This document shows, piece by piece, positions 9,456 to 16,323 of a stretch of 44,708 nt of DNA. Position numbers and translations under genes: made by a program. The stretch covers positions 1 to 44,708 of the IMG/VR virus record IMGVR_UViG_3300028392_000106. The stretch is one strand, 5' to 3'. The notes beneath the pieces were generated by a model. It was not told where the DNA came from, did no database searches, and was given only the letters and a program-made list of their open reading frames with translations. The first letter of the stretch is position 1, and each line of letters opens with the position of its first letter. The DNA is from a virus (taxonomy: Duplodnaviria > Caudoviricetes).

Positions 9456-10046
9456 TTATGATTTATAATACCATTTTGGAAATATACCTTTTTCAAAATT
9501 TGAATTAATTTCTTTATTTATATTAATCGCTTCGTTTTCTGTAATATTCACAAATTCTATTTCATCCACATCACCAACTCTTCCAAAATCCCTTTCCTCA
9601 CCAACTTCAGCAACTCTGTATCCAATTTTATTTGGAATATATTTACCATCAACATAACCCCAATGTTTCTGAACCGCCACAATTTCAAATATCATACCCA
9701 TATTTACAAGTAATCCTAATTTACGCCATTCTTTTTGTTTTTTAAATTTTACATATCTACCAATATTTTTATCCAATTCTTCATCATCTACTTGTAGTGG
9801 TATTGTTTTGATGATATTTTTTGATGTTTGATATTTATTGATATGTTTTTCAATTTCTTTTTTTACATCAATTGATTTATCACTATATGATTTTAAAAGA
9901 GTTTTTTCGTGGTTTGATAATGAATCTATTCCAAACTCACTTATCTTATCTAAGATAGTATTTAATTGATATTCTGAAAGGTTTTCATTCAAAAATTGTT
10001 TCCAATTCTTAATCTTATTTATTTGTTCTCTCATATCTTTACTCAT
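9456..10046 (-). CDS. Cassette-1 protein (hypothetical; KNWKQFLNE peptide and ILDKISxxGxDSLSxxEK motif)
   Basis: ORF track 9456..10091; likely start is MSKDMREQ at 10046, just downstream of a TATATATA motif. Confidence 0.75.
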   Translation of the reverse strand: MSKDMREQINKIKNWKQFLNENLSEYQLNTILDKISEFGIDSLSNHEKTLLKSYSDKSIDVKKEIEKHINKYQTSKNIIKTIPLQVDDEELDKNIGRYVKFKKQKEWRKLGLLVNMGMIFEIVAVQKHWGYVDGKYIPNKIGYRVAEVGEERDFGRVGDVDEIEFVNITENEAININKEINSNFEKGIFPKWYYKS

Positions 10047-10162
10047 AGTATTTTCTTTTATATATAAATAGATTAAAATGATAAAATACAACCCTTCTTT
10101 TTCTTTTAAAATTTTTGTTCAGTTCTCTGATTAAACATTCTACCTTAATAATCCACACCTAC

Positions 10163-10256
10163 ACATAACAAGGTGTATAAGAAAGTTTGCTATAAAATTA
10201 AGTGGTAAATTGAAAGTTCATCTAAGCAAACCTTCTCATACACCCAATCGTTCCCC
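10163..10256 (+). other. attC-like hairpin 1
   Basis: ACATAAC-AA-GGTGTATAAGAAAGTTTGCT...AGCAAACCTTCTCATACACC-CAATC-GTT; stem 18/20 complementary. Confidence 0.82.
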
Positions 10257-10446
10257 ACTTATAGTTAAATTGAATATCACTTATCAACATTTGTTCAAAT
10301 TCTTCTTCCGAATATGTTGCATAACTTTTTGATGGTAATGATAAGTTCAATTTAACTTCTTTCATCCATCGTTCATCATCATTTACATTATCCATATAGT
10401 TTCTCCACAATGGATTTTCGTCTTGTGTGTTTATTTTCCAACTCAT
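10222..10446 (-). CDS. Cassette-2 small hypothetical protein (C-terminus runs into attC-like hairpin 1)
   Basis: 74-aa ORF with A-rich leader; last codons IGCMRRFA derive from the hairpin arm. Confidence 0.6.
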   Translation of the reverse strand: MSWKINTQDENPLWRNYMDNVNDDERWMKEVKLNLSLPSKSYATYSEEEFEQMLISDIQFNYKWGTIGCMRRFA

Positions 10447-10488
10447 AATTTTATTTTTTTTAATTTGTATAATTTTTGTTTTACATAC

Positions 10489-10572
10489 TTATAACAACAA
10501 ATATAAGAAATAAATCTTACTTTGTCTATTTTTTATGAAAAGATTTACTTCTCATATTTGCAACCGTTATAC
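10489..10572 (+). other. attC-like hairpin 2
   Basis: TTATAAC-AA-CAAATATAAGAAATAAATCTT...AAGATTTACTTCTCATATTTG-CAACC-GTTATAC; stem 19/21 complementary. Confidence 0.82.
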
Positions 10573-10592
10573 ACAATATTTTTTTAACACCT

Positions 10593-10733
10593 TCAAGGGT
10601 AAGCCCATTTGTTGAACTTACCATTTGGAAGTCGGCCAATATAAATATCAAAAGGTTCTTTCTTAAAATGAACCACTCTTATTTTATGTTCGTGTTTAGT
10701 TTTACCTTTAAAACTATCAAAAAAATCATTCAT
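10593..10733 (-). pseudogene. Truncated 5' copy of the DUF4326 gene (46 codons)
   Basis: Translates MNDFFDSFKGKTKHEHKIRVVHFKKEPFDIYIGRLPNGKFNKWAYP*, 39/44 identical to the aligned start of 8193..8534. Confidence 0.9.
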
Positions 10734-10753
10734 TATCACAAAAACTAATAACA

Positions 10754-11233
10754 CTACAAGTTATATTTTAGACACTGATTTAAGATGTATTTAGAATGTT
10801 CTAATTGTAAGTGAGTAGCTAATCCAATAGTAATGTGAAATCCAAAATAAGGATCTGGAGTTAATCCCATAACACTTCTAATATTTTTAGCATCATCACT
10901 ATCAGCATTTATCCACCAGTGACCTTTATCATTCGCTCTAATTAAAGTTGGATCATATTGTATTCTTATTTCTTTACCATGAAATAATTGACGGCCTTGA
11001 TCATATAGATACTCAGTTTCTGGGTCAAATTTATCATTAATAATAGTTAAGTGAGTTCCTCTTAAAGGCTTATTTAAGTATAAATTAAATCTTTTTTTTA
11101 AGAACCAAGAGTAGTATTCCCAGATATCACAATCAAATTTAATCATAGCAGTTTTCTTCCAAGAAGCTTGTTTATTATGCTTTTTGGTGACATTTACTGG
11201 GTCAAATTCTATCTTTCCGATTAACTCTAACAT
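10754..11233 (-). CDS. 2H-phosphoesterase-family protein
   Basis: Two HxT motifs (HLTI, HITI) about 70 aa apart in a 159-aa protein. Confidence 0.65.
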   Translation of the reverse strand: MLELIGKIEFDPVNVTKKHNKQASWKKTAMIKFDCDIWEYYSWFLKKRFNLYLNKPLRGTHLTIINDKFDPETEYLYDQGRQLFHGKEIRIQYDPTLIRANDKGHWWINADSDDAKNIRSVMGLTPDPYFGFHITIGLATHLQLEHSKYILNQCLKYNL

Positions 11234-11269
11234 ATAACAAAGATAGGAAATATTTTTAATATATACAAT

Positions 11270-11701
11270 ATGATTATAATTACATTATTATTAACAAACT
11301 TAATCTGGATAGCTTATTCAATGATTGATGGATTCAGAGAAGGATTCTATTGGCACTATAGAAATAATAGCAGAAGAACTTGTGAATTTGAAATTAACAG
11401 AATTTTCTCTTTACAAAGATCACTTGTAATATTACTAATTTCTGGATTCCTAGTACATACTTTAGGATGGTACTCATTAATATCAACATTATCCATGATT
11501 ATGTTATTTAGTTACTTTCATAACGGAACTTATTATCTAACAAGAAATAAACTAGATGATAAAATGTATCCAATGAGATGGAAAGATGAATCTAAAACTC
11601 TTCCAGTATTTTATTCTGGACTAATGAAATATAATAAAAGAACAGGACTAATGGTATTAGGATTGCTGATTCAAATATTTGTATATATATTCTTACTATA
11701 A
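11270..11701 (+). CDS. Integral membrane protein
   Basis: About four hydrophobic segments; AATATATA motif just upstream. Confidence 0.7.
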   Translation: MIIITLLLTNLIWIAYSMIDGFREGFYWHYRNNSRRTCEFEINRIFSLQRSLVILLISGFLVHTLGWYSLISTLSMIMLFSYFHNGTYYLTRNKLDDKMYPMRWKDESKTLPVFYSGLMKYNKRTGLMVLGLLIQIFVYIFLL

Positions 11702-11717
11702 AAATAAATTAAAAGTT

Positions 11718-11906
11718 ATGAAAAATAAAGAACTAATTAAGGGAAACCAAGGATTAAAAAAAGAAGAAATAGATCTTCTAAGAGAAAAATTCATCAATGA
11801 ATACTCTAAAAACAAAGGTTGGAACTCAAAAGAATTATCAACTTCTCAAATGCTTGAGATTGTTTCTCAAAAGGAATACAGGTCGCCCGGACTTATCTTG
11901 GGATAA
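11718..11906 (+). CDS. Small hypothetical protein
   Basis: ORF track 11679..11906; likely start MKNKELIK at 11718; followed by a hairpin. Confidence 0.6.
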   Translation: MKNKELIKGNQGLKKEEIDLLREKFINEYSKNKGWNSKELSTSQMLEIVSQKEYRSPGLILG

Positions 11907-11911
11907 TCATT

Positions 11912-11941
11912 AAAATCCTGATTTACATCAGGATTTTTTTT
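11912..11941. terminator. Hairpin terminator between convergent genes
   Basis: AAAATCCTGAT-TTAC-ATCAGGATTTT followed by a T run. Confidence 0.75.
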
Positions 11942-13014
11942 GATACTTTTGAAGGTGATGGGGATAATTGTGCAGTTGGAACAGATGATAATTGACTAAT
12001 CATATCAATAAGGTCAACTCGATTACCAATAAACTCATTATCAATGTGAAGAGAGTTTCCATTCCAGGTAAATGATTTTACTCCATGATATTCACATCTT
12101 GAATTAATCCAATTCCAAATAATTAACCTTTCTTTTAAGATGTGTTTCTTTGAGATATACATTTTCTTAACACCTTCTTTGTATTTGAAGTGTGAAAAAT
12201 ACTCTGATTCATATTCATCTTTCATTTCAAAATCATCAGAGTCAATATAATCATACTCATCTTCTTCTTCAAAATCAATATCTTCAACACTTCTTACAAT
12301 TGGTAAGGTCTCCCAATCAATTTGAACAACAGCGTCACATAATATTTTTAAATACTCAATATTTTGACACTCTTTGAATGTATGTTCATTATAATAACCA
12401 ACTGATATATTAGTACATTCTTGAACTAGTCCCATAAACTTAGCAGAGTCAGTCATAACACCAGTGTCATCAATATCCAACATTAATTTATCATTTGTTG
12501 AACTTAATCTACCAGCTAATATCTTACCAAATTCATCTGAGCAACATCTTCCCCAAAATTGGTGAGTGATGACAGATGATGTACCTCTTCTATCAAATGA
12601 AACTACTTTAGTTATAGATTTTGAATGTGGAAATTTATCCCAATTGTCGGATAATAAACCAGAACCAATACATCCAACTTCTTCTCCTATAAAGAAAAAA
12701 TAAAGCCCTGGTATTTTATTCTCAATCATATTAAGAACAACAACCATCCCTGCTTTATCATCTGCTCCTAAAATTGTTTTACCATCAGTCATAATCATAT
12801 TACCACTGAATACATGTTTTACACTTTCTTGCTCTTTACAAGCAGTATCTAAGTGACAAGTAAACATTGTAGATGGATTATCTCCGATTAGATAGTAATA
12901 GTTACCATGTCCATCTTCTTGGTATCCTTGAGGTAAGAAACCCTTTAAAAATCCTTCTGTTCCGTATGGATAGGTGTAGTTTGTAAGTTTTAAAAACTTT
13001 TTTCTAATTCTCAT
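11923..13014 (-). CDS. M20/M28-family zinc metallopeptidase
   Basis: HLDT, GADDKAG, GEEVG, FDRRG and NEHT metal-ligand motifs. Confidence 0.85.
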   Translation of the reverse strand: MRIRKKFLKLTNYTYPYGTEGFLKGFLPQGYQEDGHGNYYYLIGDNPSTMFTCHLDTACKEQESVKHVFSGNMIMTDGKTILGADDKAGMVVVLNMIENKIPGLYFFFIGEEVGCIGSGLLSDNWDKFPHSKSITKVVSFDRRGTSSVITHQFWGRCCSDEFGKILAGRLSSTNDKLMLDIDDTGVMTDSAKFMGLVQECTNISVGYYNEHTFKECQNIEYLKILCDAVVQIDWETLPIVRSVEDIDFEEEDEYDYIDSDDFEMKDEYESEYFSHFKYKEGVKKMYISKKHILKERLIIWNWINSRCEYHGVKSFTWNGNSLHIDNEFIGNRVDLIDMISQLSSVPTAQLSPSPSKVSKKILM

Positions 13015-13068
13015 TTAGTTTATATTTAATATAAATATACGGACAAATTTAACATTTAACAAATTTTA

Positions 13069-13587
13069 TTATTCTTTGTCAAATAATTTGTTTATTTTAA
13101 TATCCCTGATATATGATATTCTAAGAGCATCCAAATCAGTAGTCCATCCATTGAGTTTATCTGTGATAAAAAATTGCTCTGAGTTTTTATGTAAGACAGA
13201 TTCTCTTTTTATGTGATAGTCACAAACATCTTCTGAAGAAGTATAGTGATAGTTTCTAGATACTAATATAAAATCTATTCCAGTTGATTTTACTAAATCA
13301 ATATACTCTTTTTGTAGATTTCTTAAATGCCAAATATCCAAAACTATTAGATTTACTCTAAAAAGAATTCCTTCTGTTTTTATAGTTGATTTTAAATTAT
13401 CAAATCCATTATACTCTTTTTTATTATTTACAAAATATGTAAGAGAATTATCTGATGATTTAGGTTTAGGATAAAAGACAAGAATATTTCTACCTTCCAA
13501 TTCAAGAAAGTTAAGTATCTTATTTAATCCATAAGAAACTGAGAAATTATCACCGGTGATAAAATTACACCTTTTTAGTGGTATCAT
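13069..13587 (-). CDS. Hypothetical protein, possibly a degenerate RecA/P-loop fold
   Basis: NFITGD...LIVLD pattern parallels 5711..6205; ends IRDIKINKLF. Confidence 0.55.
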   Translation of the reverse strand: MIPLKRCNFITGDNFSVSYGLNKILNFLELEGRNILVFYPKPKSSDNSLTYFVNNKKEYNGFDNLKSTIKTEGILFRVNLIVLDIWHLRNLQKEYIDLVKSTGIDFILVSRNYHYTSSEDVCDYHIKRESVLHKNSEQFFITDKLNGWTTDLDALRISYIRDIKINKLFDKE

Positions 13588-13978
13588 AAATATTTTTCTT
13601 TGTTACATCAACAATATATCCAAACTTATGGAGAAATCTTCTTCCTATCAATATTGGATATTTCATTTTTTTTCTATCTGTCAAAGATACATAAATTTTA
13701 TAAACTTTACTACCTACTTTTAATCTAGTTAAAACTTTATATCTTTTTTGTTTTTTCCCAAAGGAACTTCTAACTGTTATCTTTTTATAATCATAAAAAA
13801 TGAATTTGTTTGTTTTATCACCAATCCAAAATTGTAACTTATTATCTACAACTTTAACACCATCAACATGAATAACAGTAGAATAAGCCCCTGTATCTAT
13901 TTTAGCCTTAGAGTCTAATCCTAAGTCTACAAGTGAAATATTTTCACATCTACCTATAGTTTTCTTCATTAGAGTCAA
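13565..13978 (-). CDS. Retropepsin-like aspartic protease (RimK-associated/RimB-like family)
   Basis: AKIDTGAYSTVIH, VRSSFG, LTDRKKMKYPILIGRRFL. Confidence 0.85.
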   Translation of the reverse strand: MTLMKKTIGRCENISLVDLGLDSKAKIDTGAYSTVIHVDGVKVVDNKLQFWIGDKTNKFIFYDYKKITVRSSFGKKQKRYKVLTRLKVGSKVYKIYVSLTDRKKMKYPILIGRRFLHKFGYIVDVTKKNIYDTTKKV

Positions 13979-14066
13979 TTTTTATTTTCTTTATATATAA
14001 CTTTATGACACTTGTAATTAAACAAAACAAATCTTTATAACTATAATTAAAAAATAATATTCATTA

Positions 14067-14834
14067 ATGAATTATACACATACTTTTACCTATGTAATAG
14101 GTTACAGACACTCACCAGATAGACTACAGAATCTAAGAAAAACTTTAGACTGGATAAATGGATTTGTCGGATGTGAAGTTATTATAGTTGAACAAGATAA
14201 ACACTCAAAAATATCACACTTAAATCTTAAAGCTAAACATATATTTTTAAAATCAACATTACCTTATAATAAATCTTGGGGATTTAATGTAGCTACTAAA
14301 TATTCAAATTCTAATATTATAGTTTTTGCAGATTCTGATTTAGTAATGGATCCTAATCAATTTATAGAATCTCTTAAATTAATAGAACAATATGAGATGG
14401 TAAATCCATATAAATCAGTTATTGATTTAGACCAAAATGAATCTGGATTAAGATTTGAACAAATTTTACAAATAAATAGACCAGGTAGAGGTGAATTAGA
14501 TCATCAAAAGGTTCCTCTTTGTGGAGGTATCTGTATCTTTAGAAAAGATGCAATTATGAGAATTGGTGGTTGGAATGAATCCTTTGTTGGATGGGGTGCT
14601 GAAGATGATTTTGTATCTCTAAAAGTTAAACACTTCTTAAATTGGACCGAACTTCCTAATAAATGCTATCACTTATACCATATTAGAACCGCACCTGATA
14701 TGAAATATTATCAAAGAAATATAGAGTTATTACAGAAAACATCAGCAATGAGTAAAGATGAAATAACTAAGATGTCTAATGCACAATCTCAAAAAAATGG
14801 ACTGAAAAATAAGTATGATAGTTACTCGATATGA
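14067..14834 (+). CDS. GT-A glycosyltransferase (GT2/GT7-like)
   Basis: IIVEQD, YNKSWGFN, DSD (DxD), GGWNESFVGWGAEDD, YHLYH. Confidence 0.88.
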   Translation: MNYTHTFTYVIGYRHSPDRLQNLRKTLDWINGFVGCEVIIVEQDKHSKISHLNLKAKHIFLKSTLPYNKSWGFNVATKYSNSNIIVFADSDLVMDPNQFIESLKLIEQYEMVNPYKSVIDLDQNESGLRFEQILQINRPGRGELDHQKVPLCGGICIFRKDAIMRIGGWNESFVGWGAEDDFVSLKVKHFLNWTELPNKCYHLYHIRTAPDMKYYQRNIELLQKTSAMSKDEITKMSNAQSQKNGLKNKYDSYSI

Positions 14835-15603
14835 TTTAGAAAAAGTTTGTAACTATTCAGAAAATTCAAAACCATCACTACCTAATGGTATAATAAATTA
14901 TTTAGAATTTATAGAATCTGATACCGAAGATTATAAAAATTTAGTAAAAAGCAAAAGAAGAGATTTAACTATTGATGCTATTTTAGAAGATAAAATAGAT
15001 GAGTGGAAAGATTCCGAAACTTGGGGAATTGATTTAGATCAAGAAGGTTATACAAGATCTATTTCACCTCAGATGAAAAGTTTAACAGTTAATTCACAAA
15101 AGTTTATAGATAATCAAACTCTTTATTATAATATAGTAAAAAAATTAGAATTACTAACGAGTAAACCAATGACTAATCATAATATTAACAATAACATGAA
15201 CGTTATTATTAAAAATGATCCTAATTTATCAAGCCATGATAATGACAATTCTAATTTCAGAAAAATAATATCTAAAGTTTTGATGTTGAATAGTTTAATT
15301 GGAATGGAAAGTAGAATAGGACCGGCTAACTCAATGTTAGTTGGTTTAGATTTTTATATGTATCTACTGAGAAGTAATACATTCACAATTCAAAACAATG
15401 GAACAACGGTAACTGGTAATATATCAGGAATTGACATCATACCATCTCATTTAATTAATACAAAAAAAGTTATACTAATGAGAAATTCAAATAAACCAGG
15501 AATAGGTTTAAATGTTATCAATAATGTAAATGACTCAACTTATTTTATGGCAGAAACACCAGGATCTTGGGAAAAATGTATAAAATGGTTTGAAATTATT
15601 TAG
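14815..15603 (+). CDS. Hypothetical protein with a segment resembling the C-terminal part of T4-type major capsid protein
   Basis: LIGMESRIGPANSMLVG resembles gp23 IARxTxRGxGNFII; also RRDLTIDAIL tag. Confidence 0.55.
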   Translation: MIVTRYDLEKVCNYSENSKPSLPNGIINYLEFIESDTEDYKNLVKSKRRDLTIDAILEDKIDEWKDSETWGIDLDQEGYTRSISPQMKSLTVNSQKFIDNQTLYYNIVKKLELLTSKPMTNHNINNNMNVIIKNDPNLSSHDNDNSNFRKIISKVLMLNSLIGMESRIGPANSMLVGLDFYMYLLRSNTFTIQNNGTTVTGNISGIDIIPSHLINTKKVILMRNSNKPGIGLNVINNVNDSTYFMAETPGSWEKCIKWFEII

Positions 15604-16132
15604 AAGCCACTCTAACTTTATTATACTTTATAAGTAATTTATAAATTTTTTCATATTCTTGAGAAGGATCCTCAACCAATCTTTCATACCACTTATCTTT
15701 ATTAAAATATTCAACTAACATACCCACTCTAAAATCTTCTTTCTTAGTAGGTTTCCAGTATCTAACTTGTTCTACAAATGAAAATGAAACACCGTTGTAT
15801 AAATAAGATATATTTTCAGCATCTGTATTATACATTACAATACCAAGTGGTTTTTCAGAACCATCCTTAAATATTTTCTTAACAGATGTTTCACCTAAAT
15901 ACTTAATGATTGCACATTCTTGGTGAAAATGATTTATTAAAAATAAAACATCTTTTCTTAGATTATCATTATCAACTCTACCAAATGCAATAACAGAGTC
16001 TTCATATTGCCCTCTATAATAGCCCTTAATAGGAATTATTTGATACTCTTTAGAATAAAGAATTGATATCATATCATCTAATTTATCAGATGATAAAATA
16101 ACATAAGACATATTTTGTTCTTGAAGATTCAT
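15596..16132 (-). CDS. Hypothetical protein
   Basis: 178-aa ORF; AATATATA motif immediately upstream. Confidence 0.65.
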   Translation of the reverse strand: MNLQEQNMSYVILSSDKLDDMISILYSKEYQIIPIKGYYRGQYEDSVIAFGRVDNDNLRKDVLFLINHFHQECAIIKYLGETSVKKIFKDGSEKPLGIVMYNTDAENISYLYNGVSFSFVEQVRYWKPTKKEDFRVGMLVEYFNKDKWYERLVEDPSQEYEKIYKLLIKYNKVRVASK

Positions 16133-16150
16133 TATGTATATATTAAATAT

Positions 16151-16300
16151 CTAATGTTGGTCTGTGACAATATAGATTTTCAACAAATTATGTATAGATA
16201 GTTTTTTTATCTTACTAAAATAGGAAATAGCTTCTTCTAAATTATCAACATCAACTACATTTATAGTCTCATGTTTATATCTCAGATAAAACCTTTTCAC
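16151..16300 (-). CDS. Small hypothetical protein missed by the ORF track (49 aa, GTG start)
   Basis: MKRFYLRYKHETINVVDVDNLEEAISYFSKIKKLSIHNLLKIYIVTDQH*; fills the gap, with AATATATA 4 nt upstream. Confidence 0.6.
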   Translation of the reverse strand: MKRFYLRYKHETINVVDVDNLEEAISYFSKIKKLSIHNLLKIYIVTDQH

Positions 16301-16323
16301 AAGGTATATATTTATTTGAAAAA

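Larger units (their letters stand above)
8531..10572. mobile_element. Integron-like locus: recombinase, candidate attI and two cassettes ending in attC-like hairpins
   Basis: Recombinase transcribed away from the array; GTT core 52 bp upstream of its start; two covarying TAAC...GTT hairpins; cassette-1 ends are complementary. Confidence 0.8.

Noticed and set aside
10163-10572. Hairpins read as CRISPR repeats or simple terminators
   Set aside because: Only two copies, not identical, separated by gene-sized DNA, with no flanking U-tract and long loops, unlike the genuine terminators in this window
8394-10729. DUF4326 duplication as a DGR template/variable repeat pair
   Set aside because: Differences are not confined to adenines and no reverse transcriptase is present
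12192-12377. 61-aa plus-strand ORF
   Set aside because: Antisense shadow of the peptidase
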